DNA of 64,000 nucleotides from an uncultured bacterium (GTDB taxonomy: Bacteria > Patescibacteriota > Minisyncoccia > Phycocordibacterales > UBA2100): the NCBI GenBank assembly GCA_903858755.1, contig CAIOKC010000029.1, positions 1,059 through 65,058 on the forward strand. Direction: 5' to 3'. The notes below the pieces were generated by a model, which was given only the letters and a program-made list of their open reading frames with translations, had not been told where the DNA came from and did not search any database. Shown one piece after another: positions 44,601 through 52,978 of the stretch. Both the position numbers and the translations under genes were made by a program. The first letter of the stretch is position 1, and the number at the start of each line of letters is the position of its first letter.

Positions 44601-46040
44601 ATGATGTCAGAGTACGTCCCGACAATAGGTCTTGAGATTCACGCGGAATTGAAGACGCAGACAAAGATGTTCTGCGACTCAAAGAATGATCCAGACGAGA
44701 AACGACCGAATGTAAACGTGTGCCCAATCTGTCTCGCGCATCCTGGCACGCTTCCCGTGATCAACAGGGAAGCGGTACGGCACGTGCTTCGCGTCGGGGT
44801 CGCTCTCGGGAGCAAGCTCGCCGATTACACGGAATTCGACCGGAAGAATTATTTCTATCCTGATCTCCCAAAGGGGTATCAGATCTCCCAATTTGAATAT
44901 CCGCTGGTGAGCGGGGGAGAGCTGCGGGGAGTCGCGATTACTCGCGTGCACCTTGAAGAGGATACCGCAAGCTCTATTCACGATGAGGCGACCAGCTCGA
45001 CCACTATCGACTTCAACCGCTCTGGCGTCCCCTTGATGGAGCTTGTGACGGAGCCGGTCATGCAGAGCGCCCGAGAGGCAGGCGCGTTTGCCCGAGAATT
45101 GCAGCTGCTTCTCCGCACGCTCGGCGCGAGTGATGCAAACATGGAAAAGGGTGAGATGCGCGTGGAAGCGAATGTGTCCGTCGCGAAGAAGGGGGAGCGA
45201 AGCGCGGCGTATGTAGAAATAAAGAATCTTAATTCATTTCGCGCGATGGAGAAGGCGATACAGTATGAGATACAGCGTCAGACGAAGATGATTGAAGCGG
45301 GTGAAGTGCTCGTGAAGCAAACGCTTGGATGGGATGAAAATAAGCAAGCGACGTTTCCGCAGCGCACCAAAGAGGGAAGCGCAGACTACCGATACTTTCC
45401 TGATCCAGATTTGCCGTCGCTCAAGATCTCTGAGATCGAGGATCTTGACAGAGACAGACTTGTATCGTCCATCCCAGAATTGCCTCAAGTACGCCGAGAG
45501 CGGTATATCGCCCTCGGCGTGAGGGCGGAAGATGCCGATAGCTTCGCCAGCACGCCTCTCGGTGCATTCTTCGAGGAGGTACTAGCGGGAGAGAACGACG
45601 CCTCCAAGATTCTCCTTGCGGCAAACTACATCGCGAACGATCTGGTGAATAATATCCGAGATACCGATGCTCGAGATACGGAGGAAATAGCCGAGATTCC
45701 GATATCGGCACGTGATTTCAAGGATATAATCGATCTGATCGCATCAGAGCGTATATCTTCGCGCTCCGCAAAGGACATCCTTGCTGAGACCATACTCACG
45801 AAGAAAGCGCCACTCTCGATAGCCGAAGAAAGACAGCTCTTCCAGGTATCGGACAACTCTCTCATTGATGCAACGATAGAAACGGTATTCTCAGAGAATC
45901 CTGCTGCTCTTCAAGATCTTGTGTCCGGGAAAGGTGCTGCTCTCGAATATTTGGTCGGGCAGTGTATGAAGATTCTCCGGGGGGCAGGGAATCCGGCGAT
46001 CATCCGAGAGCGTATCAAAGTGAAAGTTGTACAAAAGTAG
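44601..46040 (+). CDS. gatB: Asp-tRNA(Asn)/Glu-tRNA(Gln) amidotransferase subunit B
   Basis: PTIGLEIHAELKTQTKMFC...NVCPICLAHPGTLPV...FDRKNYFYPDLPKGYQISQ are canonical GatB motifs. 479 aa. Confidence 0.9.
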   Translation: MMSEYVPTIGLEIHAELKTQTKMFCDSKNDPDEKRPNVNVCPICLAHPGTLPVINREAVRHVLRVGVALGSKLADYTEFDRKNYFYPDLPKGYQISQFEYPLVSGGELRGVAITRVHLEEDTASSIHDEATSSTTIDFNRSGVPLMELVTEPVMQSAREAGAFARELQLLLRTLGASDANMEKGEMRVEANVSVAKKGERSAAYVEIKNLNSFRAMEKAIQYEIQRQTKMIEAGEVLVKQTLGWDENKQATFPQRTKEGSADYRYFPDPDLPSLKISEIEDLDRDRLVSSIPELPQVRRERYIALGVRAEDADSFASTPLGAFFEEVLAGENDASKILLAANYIANDLVNNIRDTDARDTEEIAEIPISARDFKDIIDLIASERISSRSAKDILAETILTKKAPLSIAEERQLFQVSDNSLIDATIETVFSENPAALQDLVSGKGAALEYLVGQCMKILRGAGNPAIIRERIKVKVVQK

Positions 46041-46101
46041 GCAATCCACAGACTGCATATTCGCTCTGTTCTCGGGCGAGAATCGGCTTTATACTGTATC
46101 T

Positions 46102-47034
46102 ATGTCTGACGAGATCTCTGTAGAAGGGAAGGAGTACGTTTCTTCCAAGAAGGCATCCCGCACGACTGGCTACTCCCAGGATTATATTGGTCAGCTTGCC
46201 CGCAAAGGGGTGATTGATGCGCGGCGGGTGGGCGGTCTTTGGTACATCTTGATGGATTCTCTCGAATTGCATAAAAAGAGGTCCGAGGAGTTCTCTCCCG
46301 AGCCACCGAAGCGAGATTCCGAGATTGCGCAGGACACGCTCCTTTCATTCGACGGGCGAGATTTTGTCTCGGCATCGCGCGCAGCTGAGATCACCGGCTA
46401 CAATCAGGATTACGTTGGTCAGCTCGCTCGCTCCGGTGCAGTGCTTTCAAAGCAGGTAGGCAACCGCTGGTTTGTCGATCGAGAAGCACTCCGAGACCAT
46501 AAGGCAGAAAAAGACTCTCTTCTTGCTGCTGTACAATCGCAGTCGGTAGGTCTCAAGAAGAGTCTAGAAGTGCCGCAGACCCCCTACGAACACAGCTATG
46601 CCGGCGCAGGTCCTTTTCTTACCTATACCAAGGATGATCAAGACCTTTTTCCCACGTTGTCTGCTCAGGATTCAGGTGATTCGCTCGGCAGTCTTTCTCA
46701 TGAACCGGAGGAGGTACATCAGGTCCCTATACATGTACTCAACGCACGCGAAATCGTCTCGATATCGAGGAAGTCGTTCGTTAAGTACCCAATAGGTCGT
46801 ACGCACGGAAAGACTATATTTTACGGCGCTTCTGCGGCAGCGGCTTTGACGATCGTCATTGTGCTTTCTTTTGGATTTGGTTCTCTCAAAGAACGTTCGA
46901 TGTATACTCTCACGACTGTCCGAAGCACGGCATCCGTAGGACCTTTGCTTGAAAGCGCTAGCGGCTTCCTGGATGCTTTCGGGGGTTGGCTTGAGCACCT
47001 ACTTGTCCCCGAGATTTCATACCGGCGGAGATAG
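46102..47034 (+). CDS. Membrane-anchored protein with two N-terminal excisionase-type HTH (HTH_17-like) repeats
   Basis: Start at ATG 46102 (MSDEISVEGKEYVSSKKASRTTGYSQDYIGQLARKGVIDARRVGGLWYI). A second copy is FVSASRAAEITGYNQDYVGQLARSGAVLSKQVGNRWFV. TM helix TIFYGASAAAALTIVIVLSFGFGSL near the C-terminus. Confidence 0.55.
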   Translation: MSDEISVEGKEYVSSKKASRTTGYSQDYIGQLARKGVIDARRVGGLWYILMDSLELHKKRSEEFSPEPPKRDSEIAQDTLLSFDGRDFVSASRAAEITGYNQDYVGQLARSGAVLSKQVGNRWFVDREALRDHKAEKDSLLAAVQSQSVGLKKSLEVPQTPYEHSYAGAGPFLTYTKDDQDLFPTLSAQDSGDSLGSLSHEPEEVHQVPIHVLNAREIVSISRKSFVKYPIGRTHGKTIFYGASAAAALTIVIVLSFGFGSLKERSMYTLTTVRSTASVGPLLESASGFLDAFGGWLEHLLVPEISYRRR

Positions 47035-47436
47035 AAGGGGGAGATCGGACCCTTGCAGCATCTTTTCTCAAACTCTCGAGACGCAAAGACCTTCACAGGG
47101 GTCTTTTCGCCAATCCACTGCCGAGATATGCCGAGATACCTATGTAAATCGTATCTCGGATCGACTAATTCTCATATCGTCTCTTACAGATTCGAGCGAT
47201 TCTTCTGGGCAGCTACCACCACAGGTCCCGTATTCCGTGGCTTTTTTACCGACCCCCCAACCAAGGCTTACCATTGCGCCGCATCTAAGCCGTTTATCTG
47301 ATTTTCTTTCTGACCCCATCTTCTTTTACGATCCTAAATCTCCGCATTGTTCTTATCCCCATGTTTTTGCACCGGATATCAACACGATATCCCAAAAAAG
47401 ACCTAGAATACTAGATAAGTCGTGCATCCGAACATC

Positions 47437-50400
47437 ATGAGTGATGAGATTTTCTTTGATGGAGTGAAATACATATCAGCAAGCGAAGCTGGAGATCGCT
47501 CGAATTTGTCGCGGGACTACATCGCACGTCTTTGCCGCGTCGGTACAATCCGTGGGCGGCGCATCGGCACGCACTGGTACGTCCAAGAAGGGTCTCTCAG
47601 TTCGTTTTTGATGAGCAAGGAGTACTCAAGGAGCCAGCGGCAGGAGTCTCTCTCTGAAGAGCGTCTTCGGGAGTACCACGGAGCATCTGCGGACAGTGCG
47701 ATTCCCGCGATGCGCAAAACCACATCGGGTATTTTTGCTCCTGTACCCGCACAGACGCGCGGGTTCTCGCTGCAGCAACATCCGATAGTGCGGACACACG
47801 CGTATGACGTAAAAAAATTATTCGAACAGACGCTTGCGAAAAACGGCGGTACGACATACGCGAGCGCCTCACGCATAGGAAGCGCTCCTGCCGGTTTCGC
47901 TCACGCGGCGCTTGCGCATATCCCTGCGAGCGTACACGTGCCGGCGCACATCATTTCGCCGCTTGCCGAATTCATACACAAGCTCACGGCACTTTCGCTG
48001 GCGGTGATGCTCACGCTCGGCACCTATGCTTTTGTGGATCCGCAGTATGCGCGGTATGCGGCAGACACGATCGCTTCTGATGTCGGCGAAGCGCTCGGCG
48101 CGTACCGCGCGTCGACCGGCGGAGGGATCGGTGTCGCCGCATACCGCGCGCAAAGCCAGCTCGCGGCTGCCGCCGAGAATCCCATCGGTACATTCGCGTC
48201 TATACAAACTGCGTTTGGAAATGGATTCCAAACTATCGCGCGGTCGGTGAATTCACGTATCGACGATCTGGTTTACGATATCGCATTTCCTGAAAATCTT
48301 GTGCGCTCGCTCGGGATTGTCGATTCATCGCGTGCGCGCGTATCGATCGGCGTCGCGCCGTTTGCATCTTCGACCGCTTCCGCAACGCCAGTGAATACCG
48401 TGCAGTCGAAGCAGCCGCATACCGTGATCAATCAGCCTGTCGTCGAGCGCATCGTCGAGACGCAGCGTATCCTCTCCGCCGGCGGGATTACCGAAGAAAT
48501 CCTGCACGCGCGGCTGCAGCAGCTTGATGCCAAACTTTCCGCGCAGATGTACGGTCTGACCGCCGCGAATTCTTCGCCGGTCTTCGTCTCCGCGCCGCAG
48601 TATGCGCCGGCTCCCGTCATCGCGCTCGCGCAAGCGACCCGCATCGACCAGCTCGCAAGTGTCGACATCAGCGGTTCGACGTGGGTCGGAGGATCCATCT
48701 CGGGCGCCTCGATAAGCGGCTCTTCGGTGAGCGCGACGACCCTCTCTTCTTCCGGAGACACGTCGCTCGCCACGACCACTGTATCCGGGAGCCTCGCTAT
48801 CACCTCGGGGACCGCGAGCACGAATCCTTTCGTCGTGAAAGACAACACCGGCACTACCGTATTTGCGGTCGCAAACGACGGGACGCTCACGACGAGCGTA
48901 TCCTCTTCGACGAGTTCGTATTCGCAGCTTCTCATCACCGGAAGCGCGACGGCGACGACGCTCTATGCCTCGAACCTCATCGTCTCGCAGCTCGCGTCGA
49001 CCACGAATGTCCTCACATCTAATAGCACGACCACCAACGCGACGTCGACGAATCTTTTCTCGACGCTCGCGCATTTCACGACCGGCATTATCGACGCCCT
49101 GACGGCAACTGCCGCGACGATCACCGGGCTCATCGCGACAAACGCGACCACCACAAACGCGACGTCGACGAATCTCGCGGTCACGAATCTCACCTCTTTC
49201 GCCGCACCGATCGCGCCGTACTTCACCGCGACCTCGACGTCGATCGCGTCGACACTGCCGTATGCTTCGACGACCGCGATCTCTGGCACCACCGCGCAAT
49301 TCACGACCGCGTCGTCGACCAATCTCGTCGTCTCCGGAGCCGCCACGCTCTCGAGTCTCGCATCCGATTCGCTCCTCTATGCGAACGCGTCCAAAAATGC
49401 CGCCGCGGCAAGCGTCGGGAGCTCGCTCGTCTTCTCCTCCGGTACGCTCTCTCTCAACACCGCCAACGCAAATTCGTGGACCGCGCTCCAATCGTTTGCA
49501 AACGCGTCCTCGTCGAAATTTTCCGTCTTCGATAGCGCGTACTTCGGCGCGACCGCGACCTCTTCGTTCTCATCTGCCGGCGCACTCACGCTTGCGACGC
49601 CGCTTGTGCAGGGAAGCGGCGGTACTGGATTTTCTTCATACACGGCGGGCGATATCCTCTATGCCGACAACATCGGCACGGTCTCAAAGCTGCCCGTCGG
49701 GTCCGCGGGTCAGGTCTTGAAAGTGCAGGCGGGACTCCCTGCGTGGGGGACCGACAATACCGGAGGCGGAGGCGGCGGCTCCGGCTCCAGCATGTGGGCG
49801 ACGACGACCTTGAATCTTATTTATCCAGTAGACACTTCATATCCTGTCGCCATAGGCTCGAATTCGACCTCGACGCCGAACAGCATATTCGAAGTGAGCG
49901 GCCAACAATATATATCAAGCAAATTGGGTATCGCGACGACTTCTCCGGTGACCGCGCTTTCCGTCGGCGGCAATGCGTATCTCACGGGCGGCTTGGGCGT
50001 CGGGGTATTTAATAGTAGTGCGGGGACTTTGCAGACGAGCGGTGCGGCGGTGATCGGCGGATCGCTCACGGTCAACGGGCTCTCGGGCGCTGTGTCTGCC
50101 TCTGGCGGCGTCCTCTCCGCAGGCACCCTCGCAATCGCAAACGGCGGCACCGGCACCACCACCGCTCCCGTCGGGCATCTCCTGTACGGCGGATCAAGCG
50201 CATACCAATCCGTCGCCACCTCCTCGCTCGCCGTCGGCTCCTCGCTCTCCGTCTCCGGCACGCTCGGCTACCAAGTCGGCGGCTCAAACGCGACCTTCTC
50301 CCTCAACACCGCGAACGCAAACTCGTGGACCGCGCTCCAATCGTTTGCGAATGCGTCTTCGACGCTTTTCTCAAATATCGGCACCGCGTACTTCGGCGCG

Positions 50401-52239
50401 ACCGCGACTTCGTCGTTCTCATCCGCTGGCGTCCTCACACTCGCTGGATCCTTGGACGGTCCACTTCAGGCAAACGCTGGCGTAGTATCCGCGACCACTT
50501 CAATCGGACTTCTCTACGGCGGTACGGGAGCGACGAGTGCGAGCGGCGCGCGCACGAATCTCGGTGCGGCGGCATTGGGAGCAAATTCAGACATCACATC
50601 ACTCTCTGGTCTCACGACCGCGCTCTCAGCTGCGCAGGGCGGCACCGCAACGACTACATGGCTCACTGGCGGTATCGTCTTTTATGACGGCTCGACACTC
50701 TCTCAAGGAGCGGTAGCGGCGGATTTCTTCCTCGACCGTACCAACAAACGCCTCGGTGTGGGCACCTCCACTCCATGGGCGCAGCTGAGCGTGAATCCAA
50801 ACGCGCTCGGCAGCGGCGTGCCGGAATTCGCCGTCGGTTCCTCGACCGCGACGCACTTCCTGATCGACGGCGCAGGCAAAGTCGGCATCGGCACCACCAC
50901 GCCCGGCTCGCTCTTCTCCATACAAAACTCCGCCAACTTCGTCGCGAGCGCCACTTCCACTATCTACAACGGTCTTTCCACGCCGTACCTCTCCGTCACC
51001 GGCACATCTGCCACGAGCACCTTCGCCAATGGCATCAATCTCTCGGGCGGCTGCTTTGCCGTGAATGGCACCTGCGTCGGGAGCGGCGGCGCGAGCCTTT
51101 TCACCGACGGCGGCGCGACATCGTATCTCACTTCCACGAGCGACAATCTTGCGGTCGGCACCTCGACCGCATATTCCAAGCTCTCCGTCTGGGGCGCGGG
51201 TACCGGTACAGGGCAGCTCTTCGAACTCACGAACAGCGCTTCGACCACCATCGCGAAATTCCTCGACAACGGCACCGGATACTTCCTCGGCAATATCGGC
51301 ATCGGCACCACCTCGCCCTATCGCAAACTCTCACTCACCGACGCCGTCTCGACGGCGCAAGTCGCGATCGCATACGATGGTACGCGCTACACCGAATTCC
51401 TCACCAATTCGGTCGGCGATCTCGTCATAAATCCGCAGGGCGACGACGCCTTTCTGAACGACGACAACCTCTGGGTCTGCACCGGCGGCTCCTGCCCTTC
51501 GAACAATCCGACAGGCACGGGCAATCTCGTCGTCGAGAACAAACTCGCGATCGGCACCACCACGCCCGATTCGAAGCTCGTGATCGAGACGCAGGACGCG
51601 ACCACCGACTTCCTCCGCATCGCATCTTCGACCGCGCAGGCGCTCCTCGTCTTCGACGAGCGCGGCTACTTGGGCGTGGGCACTTCGACGCCGACGAAGC
51701 AGTTCTCGATAGACAAAGGTCTGTATGTCGGCAACGGTCAGCCCTCCGCGATCGGCACCGCGACCTCCACCATCCAGGGCGACCTCCTCATCACCGGCAA
51801 GCTCGATGTATCGACCATCGACCCCGTATACACCATCGACGGTATGAAATATGCGACATACGGGGCTTCCACCATCGGCATTCGCGAAGAGATGCTCTCG
51901 ACCGTGCGGCTCGATTCGATAGGCGAGAGCGGCAAATACGAGTACCGTATTCCGTTTAGCAGCGTGAAGAAAGATTCGGATGAATGGCTCTTTTATCAAA
52001 TCACGGATTTTGGCAGCGACTGGAGCAATCTCGTCGTTTCGCTCACGCCGTCGTTCGAAGGGAGCGTGTACTACAAGAAAGATATCGCCGCGAATGCGCT
52101 CGTCATCTATGCAGATGCACCGGGCGAGATCTCGATGCGCCTCTCTGCGTATCGCTACGATTTCACGAAGTGGGGCAACGTCCGACCGGATCAGGACGAC
52201 GCTTCGTTCCCCGGGCACGTGATCGATTCGAAGAAATAG
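47437..52239 (+). CDS. Giant (~1600 aa) membrane-anchored fibrous surface protein with an N-terminal HTH_17-like motif, S/T/A/G-rich repeats and tail-fibre-like GIGTT(S/T)P repeats
   Basis: Start taken at ATG 47437 (MSDEIFFDGVKYISASEAGDRSNLSRDYIARLCRVGTIRGRRIGTHWYV), paralogous to the 46102 gene N-terminus. TM at ~180 (LTALSLAVMLTLGTYAFV). Two ~50-aa near-identical internal repeats (LNTANANSWTALQSFANASS...AYFGATATSSFSSAG). Repeats KVGIGTTTPGSLFSI / NIGIGTTSPYRKLSL / KLAIGTTTPDSKLVI / YLGVGTSTPTKQFSI. Confidence 0.6.
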   Translation: MSDEIFFDGVKYISASEAGDRSNLSRDYIARLCRVGTIRGRRIGTHWYVQEGSLSSFLMSKEYSRSQRQESLSEERLREYHGASADSAIPAMRKTTSGIFAPVPAQTRGFSLQQHPIVRTHAYDVKKLFEQTLAKNGGTTYASASRIGSAPAGFAHAALAHIPASVHVPAHIISPLAEFIHKLTALSLAVMLTLGTYAFVDPQYARYAADTIASDVGEALGAYRASTGGGIGVAAYRAQSQLAAAAENPIGTFASIQTAFGNGFQTIARSVNSRIDDLVYDIAFPENLVRSLGIVDSSRARVSIGVAPFASSTASATPVNTVQSKQPHTVINQPVVERIVETQRILSAGGITEEILHARLQQLDAKLSAQMYGLTAANSSPVFVSAPQYAPAPVIALAQATRIDQLASVDISGSTWVGGSISGASISGSSVSATTLSSSGDTSLATTTVSGSLAITSGTASTNPFVVKDNTGTTVFAVANDGTLTTSVSSSTSSYSQLLITGSATATTLYASNLIVSQLASTTNVLTSNSTTTNATSTNLFSTLAHFTTGIIDALTATAATITGLIATNATTTNATSTNLAVTNLTSFAAPIAPYFTATSTSIASTLPYASTTAISGTTAQFTTASSTNLVVSGAATLSSLASDSLLYANASKNAAAASVGSSLVFSSGTLSLNTANANSWTALQSFANASSSKFSVFDSAYFGATATSSFSSAGALTLATPLVQGSGGTGFSSYTAGDILYADNIGTVSKLPVGSAGQVLKVQAGLPAWGTDNTGGGGGGSGSSMWATTTLNLIYPVDTSYPVAIGSNSTSTPNSIFEVSGQQYISSKLGIATTSPVTALSVGGNAYLTGGLGVGVFNSSAGTLQTSGAAVIGGSLTVNGLSGAVSASGGVLSAGTLAIANGGTGTTTAPVGHLLYGGSSAYQSVATSSLAVGSSLSVSGTLGYQVGGSNATFSLNTANANSWTALQSFANASSTLFSNIGTAYFGATATSSFSSAGVLTLAGSLDGPLQANAGVVSATTSIGLLYGGTGATSASGARTNLGAAALGANSDITSLSGLTTALSAAQGGTATTTWLTGGIVFYDGSTLSQGAVAADFFLDRTNKRLGVGTSTPWAQLSVNPNALGSGVPEFAVGSSTATHFLIDGAGKVGIGTTTPGSLFSIQNSANFVASATSTIYNGLSTPYLSVTGTSATSTFANGINLSGGCFAVNGTCVGSGGASLFTDGGATSYLTSTSDNLAVGTSTAYSKLSVWGAGTGTGQLFELTNSASTTIAKFLDNGTGYFLGNIGIGTTSPYRKLSLTDAVSTAQVAIAYDGTRYTEFLTNSVGDLVINPQGDDAFLNDDNLWVCTGGSCPSNNPTGTGNLVVENKLAIGTTTPDSKLVIETQDATTDFLRIASSTAQALLVFDERGYLGVGTSTPTKQFSIDKGLYVGNGQPSAIGTATSTIQGDLLITGKLDVSTIDPVYTIDGMKYATYGASTIGIREEMLSTVRLDSIGESGKYEYRIPFSSVKKDSDEWLFYQITDFGSDWSNLVVSLTPSFEGSVYYKKDIAANALVIYADAPGEISMRLSAYRYDFTKWGNVRPDQDDASFPGHVIDSKK

Positions 52240-52246
52240 TATCAGA

Positions 52247-52978
52247 ATGATCGATTTACGAAATCACTCATCATATGGAGCTGTATCATGTGCTGAACAG
52301 GGGAGTCGATAAGCGAACTATCTTCATGCGTTCGGCGGATTATGCACGTTTCGTGCACGATATGTATGAATTCAATGACTCAAAACCAGCTAAGAATGCA
52401 AGTCGTAGCTTCGACCCATCAATGAGTGATTTCTCAATGAGTGATTTCGCAAATCGCTCATTGGAGCGGAAAAGAATTGTCGATATACATGGGTGGTGCC
52501 TGATGAAGAATCACTATCATTTGTTGGTATCAGAGCGGGTTGAGGGCGGTCTGACACTTTTTATTCGAAAGCTTAACGTGGGATACGCCAACTACTTCAA
52601 CGACGCATACAAACGGAGCGGTGCCCTTTTCCAGGGCAGGACGAAAAAGATACAGATCGCATCTGATGCGCATTTTCTCCACATGCTCCACTACATCCAT
52701 CTCAATCCGCTTGATTATGTCGCTGGCGCGAAATCCTGGCGCGCCGGTGGAATCTCTGATGTGCGCGCCGCCCGTGCGCAGTTGCAAAAGTATCGATGGA
52801 GCAGCTATCTCGACTACTGCGGTAAAAAGAACTTTCCGTCTGTTATTACAACGGACTTCATGCGCTCGTCGCTCGGCGACATCGAGAGAAAGACAATGGA
52901 GTATTTTGGAAAAATGGATCTGCCAGACATGAAGCACTACGTGCTCGAGTAGTATGAGTGATTTACGAAATCACTCAT
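52247..52978 (+). mobile_element. REP/RAYT unit 2: RAYT gene with upstream (imperfect), internal (in-frame) and downstream REP2 palindromes ATGAGTGATTT-NNN-AAATCACTCAT
   Basis: Copies at 52247-52271 (two mismatches), 52437-52461 (inside the CDS, one mismatch, plus an extra half-site at 52422-52433) and 52954-52978 (perfect). The perfect copy overlaps the start codon of the next gene. Confidence 0.6.
52275..52952 (+). CDS. REP-associated tyrosine transposase-like protein (Y1 HuH) paralog 2
   Basis: MELYHVLNRGVDKR...MKNHYHLLV (HuH)...AHFLHMLHYIHLNPLDY...YRWSSYLDY. Carries an in-frame ~11-aa insertion (SMSDFSMSDFANRSLE) encoded by REP2-like sequence, relative to paralog 1. Confidence 0.65.
   Translation: MELYHVLNRGVDKRTIFMRSADYARFVHDMYEFNDSKPAKNASRSFDPSMSDFSMSDFANRSLERKRIVDIHGWCLMKNHYHLLVSERVEGGLTLFIRKLNVGYANYFNDAYKRSGALFQGRTKKIQIASDAHFLHMLHYIHLNPLDYVAGAKSWRAGGISDVRAARAQLQKYRWSSYLDYCGKKNFPSVITTDFMRSSLGDIERKTMEYFGKMDLPDMKHYVLE

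Noticed and set aside
50775-51959. 394-aa alternate-frame ORF (plus others at 48325..49491 and 51331..52218) inside the giant fibrous gene
   Set aside because: Alternate-frame or antisense readings of a repetitive GC-rich coding region, with His/Arg-rich nonsense.
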